Below are positions 38,873 through 47,055 of a DNA stretch of 64,000 bases, piece after piece; the stretch's first letter is position 1, and every line of letters begins with the position of its first letter. The DNA comes from Thermoanaerobaculia bacterium (GTDB lineage Bacteria > Acidobacteriota > Thermoanaerobaculia > Gp7-AA8). Location of the stretch: positions 12,154 through 76,153 of the forward strand of contig DATELQ010000004.1 of assembly GCA_035276475.1 (NCBI GenBank), in the 5' to 3' direction. Below the pieces are notes generated by a model. It was not told the origin of the DNA, searched no databases, and worked only from the letters and a program-made list of their open reading frames with translations. The translations under genes and the position numbers were made by a program.

Positions 38873-40150
38873 GTCGGTCTTGATCCTGTAGCCGAGCGTC
38901 CGCGCCGCCACCGTCTGCTTCGCCACGCGCGCCGTCTCCAGCGCGCCGATCGCGCCGCTGCTGTCCATCACGAACGCGTCGACCTCGCCGTCGCCGGCGA
39001 AGAGCGGCCAGCCGAGCGTCAGCGTGGCCGGCAGCACGAGTGTCTTCGGCGGGCAGCAGGTCTGCTCGACCAGGCCGCGCTCGTCGCCGCGGGCGCGCAC
39101 CGTCCACTTCGCCTTGTCGCCGTAGGCGCGCGTGCGCACGACGTGGTCGCCGTCGCGGCGCGTGACCTCGACGAAGTCGGGCGCGCGATGCGCGTCCAGC
39201 CCCGCGAACGTCTCGATCGTCTTCGTCGGCGTCTTGGCCGGCACGATCAGGCTGTGCGCGAGGAGCCCGCCGTCCTTCGTCTCCCACAGCTCCCACGTCT
39301 CCGTGGCCCGCTCGCGGCGCGCGTCGCGGATCTCGTAGTGGCCGCTGGCGAGGAGCGCCTTGCGCTCGTAACGGCCGGGGTGCGGCGGGAGCGTCTCGCC
39401 GGCCAGCATCATGGCCACGTCTTGTTCGACCGTCGCCGTCACCGGCGTCTCCACCACGCGGCCGATCTCGTTGCGGCCGCGCTCGACGATCATCGTCGGC
39501 ACGTTCGTCAGGCGCTGATCGCGGACGGTCTCGAGCGGCGTGAGGAACTCGGGGCCGATGCCGTAGAGGTCGACCTGGAGCAACGAATTGTTCGCTTCGT
39601 GCAGCGCCTTGAGAAGCCGCGGCACGGCGCGCTTGCTGTCGCCGCACCACGTCGCGAAGAAGATAGTGACGTGGGCCGGCTTCGCCGCGCGGAGCTTCTC
39701 GACGACGGCCGCGTCCGGCGTGTAGTGGTCGTGGATCGACTTCCAGACCGGCGCGGTCGCCCAGAGCGTCTCCTCGGACATCGGCCCGGCGTGGCTCTGG
39801 TGCGGATAGATGAGGACGTCCTTGCCGAGGTAGCTGGAGTCGTCCGGCATCGCGAACGAACCGAGGCGCTGCGTCGGGAACGTGTCGGGCGTCGTCGCGG
39901 CGGTGCGGTCGTCGTTGAAGGCGAAGAGCGCGCGGCCGGCCGAGAGAAGCTCGTGCGTGTCGCGGTCGAAGATCCAGGCGTCGCCCGCCGGCGGCAGGTA
40001 GGCCAGGCGATGCTCGTGGACGAGCGTCTGGCCGTCACGCGTCAAGGTGCCGTGGACGTAGACGTCGCGGAGCGTGTCGTTCCACTTGAGATCCGCGATG
40101 GCGGGGAGGGCAGAGAGGAGCAGGAGAGCCGGGAGCAGTCGTCGCATCAT
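38762..40150 (-). CDS. secreted hypothetical protein with thioredoxin-fold segment
   Basis: Signal peptide MMRRLLPALLLLSALPAIA; 'TIFFATWCGDSKRAVP' thioredoxin-like motif (single Cys). Confidence 0.6.
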   Translation of the reverse strand: MMRRLLPALLLLSALPAIADLKWNDTLRDVYVHGTLTRDGQTLVHEHRLAYLPPAGDAWIFDRDTHELLSAGRALFAFNDDRTAATTPDTFPTQRLGSFAMPDDSSYLGKDVLIYPHQSHAGPMSEETLWATAPVWKSIHDHYTPDAAVVEKLRAAKPAHVTIFFATWCGDSKRAVPRLLKALHEANNSLLQVDLYGIGPEFLTPLETVRDQRLTNVPTMIVERGRNEIGRVVETPVTATVEQDVAMMLAGETLPPHPGRYERKALLASGHYEIRDARRERATETWELWETKDGGLLAHSLIVPAKTPTKTIETFAGLDAHRAPDFVEVTRRDGDHVVRTRAYGDKAKWTVRARGDERGLVEQTCCPPKTLVLPATLTLGWPLFAGDGEVDAFVMDSSGAIGALETARVAKQTVAARTLGYRIKTDSALNVPLSVTFSDGSERRLLDIQGTLPRALPAAHSE

Positions 40151-40269
40151 GCCTCCAGTTGTGTTTGGCAATAGGACGCGCGGCCGACCGGTAGGTTCTG
40201 GAAATTATATTGCAGTAAAGCCCGTTGGTTCGGCAACACGCAACACAACCAAAAGGAGAAGGCTTCAGC

Positions 40270-40476
40270 ATGCGTAGCAACGGCACTGTCAAGTGGTTCA
40301 ATGACGCGAAAGGCTTCGGCTTCATCACCATGTCGAGCGGAGAGGACGTCTTCGTCCACTTCAGCGCGATCCAGGCGAAGGGCTTCCGCAGCCTGCCCGA
40401 GGGAGCCAGCGTCGAGTTCGATCTCGTCCAGGGCCCGAAGGGCCTCCAGGCGCAGAATGTGACGGTCGCGGCGTAA
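40270..40476 (+). CDS. cspA: cold-shock protein (CspA family)
   Basis: '[15 protein letters not shown]' RNP1 and 'VFVHFSAI' RNP2; AAGGAG SD; start chosen inside ORF 40225..40476. Confidence 0.9.
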   Translation: MRSNGTVKWFNDAKGFGFITMSSGEDVFVHFSAIQAKGFRSLPEGASVEFDLVQGPKGLQAQNVTVAA

Positions 40477-40485
40477 GCCGCGACC

Positions 40486-41559
40486 TCACTCTTTCGGAGC
40501 GCTTCTCTCCCCCGGCTGCAACGGCAGCCCCACGTCCCCGTAGTCGCGCATGAACACCATCAGCCCGTAGACGGGCGTGTTGTGCTCGAACCCCGCCACG
40601 AGCTGGTCGTTGTAGCGGTCGATGAAAAAGTCGAACGGGTCGTGCGGGTCGGTGTCCGTGACCTCCATGTCCGCGTCGAGCATCAAGAGCTTCCCCATCC
40701 GCAGCGTGCCGTGCCGGTAGTACATGACGTTCTTCTCGTTCGGGTACGGCGGCGCCAGATCCGCTAAATGCATCCCGGCGTCGAAGACCTGCACGAGCTC
40801 ACTCCCCTCGATGTGCACGTCGCTCAAGTGCGCGTCGATCTGCGGCGGCGGAAGGATCTTCGTCGGCTCCAGCAGCAGATCGTTCTTCTCCGCCTGCACC
40901 CCCTTCGCCTTGCTGAGGTCGAGCATCTTTTCCATGCTCAGGCCGAGGGCCTTGAGGAGTCCGAGGCCGTTGATGCCGCAGATGTCGAGCTTCGTCGGAT
41001 GGATGCGGATGCGGCCGTCCGGCGTCGCCGAGACGTCGCCGTACATCGTGAACGGAATGTCGACGCCCTTGTGCATGATGCCGGACTGGATGAGCTGACC
41101 ACCCTCCGGCACGACGTGGAGATTCTTGAGCGGCGCGCCGTCGTAGCCGAAGACGTAGCGGTTCATGAGCTGATCGAGCCCGACCGAGTCCATGCCGATC
41201 TTCGCCTTGTCGATCTTGACGACGAACTCGGTCTTGTTGTCGAAGTTGACCGGCTTCCCCGCCGCCTTCGACACGAACTGCCCGCGCAGCGAGTGGATGT
41301 GCATGACGGTGGTGGCGTCGATGTGGAAGTCGACGCCGCGCATCATGGCCTCGACCGGCGCCTTCGACTGCGCCTCCGTCGGCGTCGGGATGTCCTGCGA
41401 CCCGATCTCCGGAATCCGCGACGGCGGCGGCTCCGGCAGCTTCACCGCGGGCATGCCTTTGCGCAGGCAGCAGCAGGCGGGAAGGAGGAGAAGGGAGAGG
41501 AGGATGGCGATGGCGGCGGCGACGAGGGTAATGGGCTTCCACGGTAGCGTTCGTGGCAT
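40486..41559 (-). CDS. hypothetical membrane-anchored protein
   Basis: N-terminal TM/signal anchor with Cys cluster 'LLPACCCL'; no family recognised. Confidence 0.55.
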   Translation of the reverse strand: MPRTLPWKPITLVAAAIAILLSLLLLPACCCLRKGMPAVKLPEPPPSRIPEIGSQDIPTPTEAQSKAPVEAMMRGVDFHIDATTVMHIHSLRGQFVSKAAGKPVNFDNKTEFVVKIDKAKIGMDSVGLDQLMNRYVFGYDGAPLKNLHVVPEGGQLIQSGIMHKGVDIPFTMYGDVSATPDGRIRIHPTKLDICGINGLGLLKALGLSMEKMLDLSKAKGVQAEKNDLLLEPTKILPPPQIDAHLSDVHIEGSELVQVFDAGMHLADLAPPYPNEKNVMYYRHGTLRMGKLLMLDADMEVTDTDPHDPFDFFIDRYNDQLVAGFEHNTPVYGLMVFMRDYGDVGLPLQPGERSAPKE

Positions 41560-41591
41560 GCGGGGTGAGCAGTTTCACGAGTCGGGCCAGC

Positions 41592-41690
41592 GGTTCTTCG
41601 TTCTTGGTTCTTAGGTTCTTAGGTTCTTAGGTTTGTCCCGCCAATAACCTAAGAACCTAACAACCTAAGAACCTAACAACCCAAGAACCC
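41592..41690. repeat. long imperfect palindrome built from tandem 8-mers (ggttctta)n ... (taagaacc)n, low GC
   Basis: Read directly: ggttcttaggttcttaggttcttagg // cctaagaacctaacaacctaagaacc; innermost 12 bp pair perfectly; immediately upstream of the ABC ATPase GTG start. Confidence 0.7.
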
Positions 41691-41703
41691 GTAACATCTC
41701 CCC

Positions 41704-42420
41704 GTGATCGAAGTCATCAACCTCACAAAAAACTACGAAGCCCTCCTCGCCGTCGACCACCTCTCCTTCTCCGTCAAGCGCGGCGAGGTCCTCGGGTTGG
41801 TCGGGCCGAACGGCGCGGGGAAGACCACCACCCTGCGCGCGTTGGCCGGTATCCATCCGCCGACCGAGGGGCAGATTCGGATCTGCGGGGCGGACCTGCG
41901 GGAGGCGCCCGTTGACGCCAAGAAGCACCTCGCCTTCATGCCCGACGAGCCGCGGCTCTTCGACTACTTGACCGTCGAGGAGCACCTCCAATTCGTCGCG
42001 CGCATCTACGGCGTCGCCGACTTCCGCGAGCAGATGGAGCCGCTCCTCGCGGAGCTCGAGCTCGCCGACAAGCGCCGCGCCCTCCCCTCGGAGCTCTCGC
42101 GCGGCATGAAGCAGAAGCTCATGATCGCCTGCGGCTTCATCCACGCCCCCGACGTCCTGATCTTCGACGAGCCCTTGACCGGCCTCGACCCCCTCGGCAT
42201 CCGGCGCATGAAAGAGTCGATCGTCAAGCGCGCCCAGGACGGCGCCTCCGTCATCTTGAGCTCCCACCTCCTCTACCTCGTCGAGGAGCTCTGCGACACC
42301 GTCCTCATCATCAACCACGGCAAGCGCGCCGCGTACGGCACCATCGAAGACCTGAAGTGGCAGATCGGGCGCGACGCCTCGCTCGAGGATGCGTTCCTGA
42401 AAATCACGGAGACCGCGTGA
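41704..42420 (+). CDS. ABC transporter ATP-binding protein (ABC-2 type)
   Basis: Walker A 'GPNGAGKTT', signature 'LSRGMKQKL', Walker B 'LIFDEP', H-loop 'SSH'; GTG start. Confidence 0.9.
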   Translation: MIEVINLTKNYEALLAVDHLSFSVKRGEVLGLVGPNGAGKTTTLRALAGIHPPTEGQIRICGADLREAPVDAKKHLAFMPDEPRLFDYLTVEEHLQFVARIYGVADFREQMEPLLAELELADKRRALPSELSRGMKQKLMIACGFIHAPDVLIFDEPLTGLDPLGIRRMKESIVKRAQDGASVILSSHLLYLVEELCDTVLIINHGKRAAYGTIEDLKWQIGRDASLEDAFLKITETA

Positions 42421-44126
42421 TCGTCGCCCGCGCCTTCGTCGAGCTCGCGGTACGCTCCTTCCGCAACCGCATCGTGTCGCGCGTGAAGCGGATGAAAGAC
42501 CCGCGCTATGCGGTGGGCGCGCTCTTCGGCCTCCTCTACTTCGGCTGGATCTTCTTCCGCAACCGCGCCGGCTCGGCGCGCTTCTTCGGCGCCGCCGGGC
42601 CGGCCAGCGAGCTGCGCCTCGACGCCGTCTCCGCCGTCGTCCTCTTCATCATGCTCTTCGCCTGGGCGCTGCCGGGTGACTCCGGCGGCCTCGAGTTCAG
42701 CGAGGCGGAGATCGCGTTCCTCTTCCCCGCGCCGCTGCGGCGCCGCGACCTGCTCCTCTACAAGATCATCCGCCAGCAGCCGCAGGTGCTGATGAGCGTT
42801 CTCGTCTTCACGTTCTTCGGCGCCACGCGCTCGAAGTTCATCGGCCTCTGGATCGCCTTCAGCGTGATGTCGATCTACATGATGCTCGTCGCGCTCGGGC
42901 GCGCGCGGCTGCGGCTGATGGGGATCAACTTCCTGGTGCGGCTCATCGCTGTCCTGGCCATCGCCTTCGGCATCGCCGCCGTCGCCTTCTTCGCCGTCAA
43001 AGGGACGCGGCTCGACCTCGTCCACGTCACGCGCGACGTGCGCATGGCGCGGATCGACACCATCTTCCACATCCCTGCGATTGCGGCGATTCTCTTCCTC
43101 CCGAAGCTCTACGCCGGCGCGGTCTTCCCGCCGTCGCTCCTGACGCTGGCGACGTCGTCGCTCGCTCTCCTCCTCATCGGCGCGCTCTTTTTCGTCATCG
43201 CCGACCGCCTCAACGTCTCGTTCGAGGAAGGATCGCTGGTGCGCGCGCAGCGGCGCAACGAGCGGCTGCAGCAGATGCGCGAGCGCCGCGGCGGCCGCTA
43301 CGTGATGTTCAAGCGCGCCCGCGCGCCGTTCCGCCTCGCGCCGACCGGAAGGCCGGAGACCGCCATCGTCTGGAAGAACACGGTGGCCACGGTGCGGATG
43401 TCGCTGGCGTGGATCATCATCATCGTCATCGTCTTCGCGGTGCTGGTCGTCAACGCCGCCTTCATGTCGCCCGTCGCGCGCAGCGCCGTCGGCGTCACGT
43501 TCCTGATGCTCACTTGCCTGATGCCGTTCATCGGCCCGAACATCTTCACGAACGATCTCCGCCTCGACCTGCCGCGGCTCGAGGTGCTGAAGAGCTATCC
43601 GCTGTCGGGGGAGGGAATCGTGGCGGCGGAGGTGGCGGCGCCGCTGGTCATCATCGCGGCGCTGGAGCTGACGACGATCGGCTGCGCCTGGGCGATCCTG
43701 GCCACGTCCGCGAGCAAGATGACGGAGATCGTCGGCGCGGAGTTCGCCGTGGTGGCGCTGCTGCTGGCGGTGCCGGTCGTGGCGCTGCAGCTCCTCATCC
43801 GCAACGCCGTCCCGATCATCTTTCCGGCTTGGGCGGTCCGGACGAAGGAAGATCCGCGCGGCTTCGTCATCACCGGGCAGCGGCTGCTGCTGGTGCTCGG
43901 CAACCTGGTCGTGCTCGGCCTGGCGCTCGTCCCGGCCGCGCTCGTCTTCGCCCCCTCGGCGTACATCGCCATCAAGTTTTTCCACGGCAACGCCATCTTC
44001 ATGGCCGTCATGACGGCGCCCGCCATCGTGGTGATCTGCGGGGAGGTCTGGCTCGGCGTTCGCTTCCTCGGGTCGCGGTTCGAGGCGCTCGACGTGTCGC
44101 AGGAATTCGACACGATTGCCGTGTAA
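42417..44126 (+). CDS. putative ABC exporter permease (large multi-TM subunit)
   Basis: GTGA overlap with ATPase gene; ~12 predicted TM helices; 'Putative ABC exporter'-like architecture. Confidence 0.8.
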   Translation: MIVARAFVELAVRSFRNRIVSRVKRMKDPRYAVGALFGLLYFGWIFFRNRAGSARFFGAAGPASELRLDAVSAVVLFIMLFAWALPGDSGGLEFSEAEIAFLFPAPLRRRDLLLYKIIRQQPQVLMSVLVFTFFGATRSKFIGLWIAFSVMSIYMMLVALGRARLRLMGINFLVRLIAVLAIAFGIAAVAFFAVKGTRLDLVHVTRDVRMARIDTIFHIPAIAAILFLPKLYAGAVFPPSLLTLATSSLALLLIGALFFVIADRLNVSFEEGSLVRAQRRNERLQQMRERRGGRYVMFKRARAPFRLAPTGRPETAIVWKNTVATVRMSLAWIIIIVIVFAVLVVNAAFMSPVARSAVGVTFLMLTCLMPFIGPNIFTNDLRLDLPRLEVLKSYPLSGEGIVAAEVAAPLVIIAALELTTIGCAWAILATSASKMTEIVGAEFAVVALLLAVPVVALQLLIRNAVPIIFPAWAVRTKEDPRGFVITGQRLLLVLGNLVVLGLALVPAALVFAPSAYIAIKFFHGNAIFMAVMTAPAIVVICGEVWLGVRFLGSRFEALDVSQEFDTIAV

Positions 44127-44140
44127 CGGCGCACGCCGGC

Positions 44141-44341
44141 AAGCTCACGGCAGACGCTGACAAGCTCACTTAACCCGCTGACAATCTCACTTAACTAGCT
44201 GAGAATCTCTCTTAACTAGCTGAGAATCTCTCTTAACTAGCTGAGAATCTCTCTTAACTAGCCGAGAATCTCTCTTAACTTGCTGAGAATCTCTCTTAGT
44301 TTGCTGAGATTGCCAGCTAGCTAAGTGAGATTGTCAGCGGA
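44141..44341. repeat. MITE-like insertion: 5 tandem copies of a 21-bp unit (tagctgagaatctctcttaac) flanked by ~20-bp inverted repeats and a duplicated permease-gene terminus
   Basis: Units at 44197,44218,44239 identical; 44260 and 44281 variants; IR ccgctgacaatctcacttaac (44172-44196) vs gctaagtgagattgtcagcgg (44319-44341); caggaattcgacac...gtataa at 44349 repeats the last 27 nt of the permease gene (22/27 identical). Confidence 0.7.
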
Positions 44342-44409
44342 TTTGCTTCCTCCGCAGGCCGTGCCGGCCAGGAATTCGACACCATCGCTGTATAATTATT
44401 AGCAGCTAA

Positions 44410-46587
44410 GTGAAGCGTCTCCTCGTTCTCCTTGTCCTCGGCGTAACCCCTGCCCTGTTCGCCTCCGTCGGCACAGTCCGGCAGAACTTTCTCGACTACT
44501 ACGCGGCCGCCGGCGCCGACCGCAGCGCCCCGCGCATGGCCGACGCGCTGGGCACGCTCGAGGCGCAGACGCGCGACGCCACCGCCCCCGGCTTCCTCCT
44601 CGCGGACGGCACGTGGAGCGACATCGACTACAAAGAAACGCCGAGCGGCGCGTGGTCGCCGTGGGACCACTTCCGCCGCCTGACCACGATGGCCAAGGCG
44701 TACCGAACGCCCGGCCAGCGCTACTACAACGACGAGACCCTGCGGCAGCAGATCGAGGCCGCGCTCGGCCAGGTGCCGTCGTTCTACGGCAAGACCACGC
44801 TGCCGGTCGGCAACTGGTGGTTCTGGACCCTCGGCGCGCCGCTCGACCTGGGGCCGACGCTCGTCCTGATGCGCGGCAGCGTCTCGCAAAAGATCTTCGA
44901 CGACTGCGTGGCCACGCTGCAGGTGCACATCGGCACGTCGCCCACCGCGAAGGGCCTGGTCGGACCGACGCCCGTCGGCGAGAACCTCGTCTGGTCGTGC
45001 TTCACGCACCTCTGTCTCGCCCTGGCGCGCGACGACGCCGCGATGCTCGCCGCCGTCGGCAGCGCCCTCGGCACTGCCTGCACGACAACGGCAGGCGACG
45101 GCATCCAGGTCGACTCCTCGTTCCACCAGCACGGCCCGCAGCTCTACACCGGCGGCTACGGCGGCTCGTTCGCCTACGACGTCTCGCGCCTCGTGCTGCT
45201 GCTGCGCAACAGCGAGTTCGCGCCGGCGCCGGCGGCGCTCAACAGCTTCGCCAACTACGTCGCCGACGGCATCGCCTGGTCGCTCTACGGCCCCTATTTC
45301 GACGTCTCGGTCGTCGGCCGCGAGGTGGCGCGCTCGTCGACGAGCGGCATCAACGGCGTGGCCGCGCTGCTGCAGGCGTCGACGTTCAACTCGACCCGCA
45401 ACGCCGAGATCAAGAGCGCCGCCGCGGCCGCGCTCCAGTCGTGGCGCTGGCCGCTCTCTCCAGAGCTCGCCGCGCTGGCGACGCAGACAACGACGAATGC
45501 AGCATGGCCCACCGGCCACCAGCACTACTACACCTCCGACTACACGGTGCACCGCCGCCCCACTTGGTTCGCCTCGGTGAAGATGTTCTCCGCGCGCACG
45601 AAGTCGGGCGAGAACACGAACGGCGAGAATCTCCTCGGTTCGCGCCAGTCCGACGGCCGCTTCTACCTCGTCATGAACGGCGACGAGTACTTCGGCAACG
45701 ACAGCTGGCCCGCGCTCGACTGGACGCGCCTCCCCGGCATCACCGTCGAGCAGAAGGCCGACGCGGCGGACGACCAGTACGGCTACGGCACGCGCCTCTT
45801 CGCCGGCGGCACGGGCGACGGAAGGAACGGCCTGTCGGCGATGGAGCTCGCGCCGGTCAACTCGGCGCTGACGGCGAGGAAGAGCTGGTTTTTCTTCGAC
45901 GACACGATCGTGTTCCTCACAAACAGCATCACGTCCCCGTCCTCTTACAGAGTGGAGACGATCATCAACCAGTGGCCGCTGCACGGCAGCGTCACGCGAA
46001 ACGGCAACTGGCTCGCCGCCGACAACGTCGGCTACTACGTCTACCCGCAGGCGGCGGCGCTGAACGTCTCGACCGCCCCGCGCACCGGCACCTGGGCCGC
46101 CCTCGGCGGCTCGACCGACACGACGCCGCGCACGCAGACGTTCCTCACGCTCTGGCTCGACCACGGCGCGACTCCGACGAACGCCGACGCCGCGTACGCG
46201 ATCGTCCCAGGCGCGAGCGTCGCGACGATGTCATCGTTCCTCCCGCCGACGATCCTCGCCAACAACGCCAACGTCTCCGCCGTGACGAGCGGCTCGACGA
46301 CGGCGATCGTCTTCTGGTCGCCGCGCGCGAGCGTCGCCGGCTACACCGCAGACGCCGCCAGCGTCGTCTACGCGACGACCACCGGAAGCGCGCTGCAGCT
46401 CGCCGCCGCCGACCCGACGAACGGCACCGGCGTCTTCCACGTGACCGTCCCCGGCCGCTGGCTCACGACCGACGTGCCGTCGACGTTCGACGGCCACGGC
46501 ACGACGCTGACGCTCCCCCGCGGCGGCGCCACGACGCGCGTGACGCTCAGTCCGCCGCCGGCGCGGCGAAGGGCGGCGGGAAAATGA
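44410..46587 (+). CDS. polysaccharide lyase family 8 (hyaluronate/chondroitin AC/xanthan lyase-like), secreted
   Basis: Signal peptide; 'GNWWFWTLGAP' Lyase_8_N motif, 'SSFHQHGPQLYTGGYGGSFAYD' catalytic His/Tyr region, 'RQSDGRFYLVMNGDEY'. Confidence 0.85.
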   Translation: MKRLLVLLVLGVTPALFASVGTVRQNFLDYYAAAGADRSAPRMADALGTLEAQTRDATAPGFLLADGTWSDIDYKETPSGAWSPWDHFRRLTTMAKAYRTPGQRYYNDETLRQQIEAALGQVPSFYGKTTLPVGNWWFWTLGAPLDLGPTLVLMRGSVSQKIFDDCVATLQVHIGTSPTAKGLVGPTPVGENLVWSCFTHLCLALARDDAAMLAAVGSALGTACTTTAGDGIQVDSSFHQHGPQLYTGGYGGSFAYDVSRLVLLLRNSEFAPAPAALNSFANYVADGIAWSLYGPYFDVSVVGREVARSSTSGINGVAALLQASTFNSTRNAEIKSAAAAALQSWRWPLSPELAALATQTTTNAAWPTGHQHYYTSDYTVHRRPTWFASVKMFSARTKSGENTNGENLLGSRQSDGRFYLVMNGDEYFGNDSWPALDWTRLPGITVEQKADAADDQYGYGTRLFAGGTGDGRNGLSAMELAPVNSALTARKSWFFFDDTIVFLTNSITSPSSYRVETIINQWPLHGSVTRNGNWLAADNVGYYVYPQAAALNVSTAPRTGTWAALGGSTDTTPRTQTFLTLWLDHGATPTNADAAYAIVPGASVATMSSFLPPTILANNANVSAVTSGSTTAIVFWSPRASVAGYTADAASVVYATTTGSALQLAAADPTNGTGVFHVTVPGRWLTTDVPSTFDGHGTTLTLPRGGATTRVTLSPPPARRRAAGK

Positions 46588-46761
46588 GCGCCGATCGAGA
46601 CAGGTATGGATTGAGCAACGACACTGTTGCGGCGTTGTTTATGGAATGTAATGGTTTCAGTAACTTCAACAACGACCTTAAACTAGGCTTATCATTCGCG
46701 CGTACTCCTGTCATGCTTGCGCCACTGGTGACGCACTGCAAACTGCCGAAAGGGGGCGCTC

Positions 46762-47055
46762 ATGCAAGCTACGGCGACCGTTCCGGAGCTTAGCCGCCGG
46801 CTTGGTGCCAATGCGCGCTCGCTGGTGCGGACATCGCCGGCCAACGCTCGCGTGACGGCGGCAGTCGTGCTCCTCCCGCATGCGCCTGTAAAGGAGATCA
46901 TCGCGCTCCTGCAGAAGGCTGGCTGCGAAATGCTCTATCGCGTCGATTCGCAGCACCTCCTCGGCGTCGACGCACCGGTCGGCCTGCTCGACCGTCTGGC
47001 GCGCCTCGACGGCGTCACGTACGTCGAAGTCGAATACTCGCTTCAGCCTTCCTGA
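46762..47055 (+). CDS. stand-alone subtilase propeptide/inhibitor I9-like protein
   Basis: 'VVLLPHAPVKEIIALLQKAGCEMLYRVDSQHLLGVDAPVGLLDRLARLDGVTYVEVEY' follows the Inhibitor_I9 pattern; AAGGGGG SD; 3' end overlaps convergent S8 gene by 13 nt. Confidence 0.5.
   Translation: MQATATVPELSRRLGANARSLVRTSPANARVTAAVVLLPHAPVKEIIALLQKAGCEMLYRVDSQHLLGVDAPVGLLDRLARLDGVTYVEVEYSLQPS

Noticed and set aside
41704-44126. ABC pair as a lantibiotic/bacteriocin immunity transporter
   Set aside because: No precursor peptide, modification enzyme or regulator genes are adjacent. The assignment would be speculation beyond the generic ABC-2 exporter call.
44197-44301. Possible CRISPR array (21-bp direct repeats)
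   Set aside because: Repeats are contiguous with no spacers, only five units, and there are no cas genes nearby. Better explained as a tandem repeat inside a MITE-like element.
44613-46793. 726-aa plus-strand ORF
   Set aside because: Alternative frame of the PL8 lyase gene. Arg-rich translation, whereas the 44410..46587 frame carries Lyase_8 motifs and a signal peptide.
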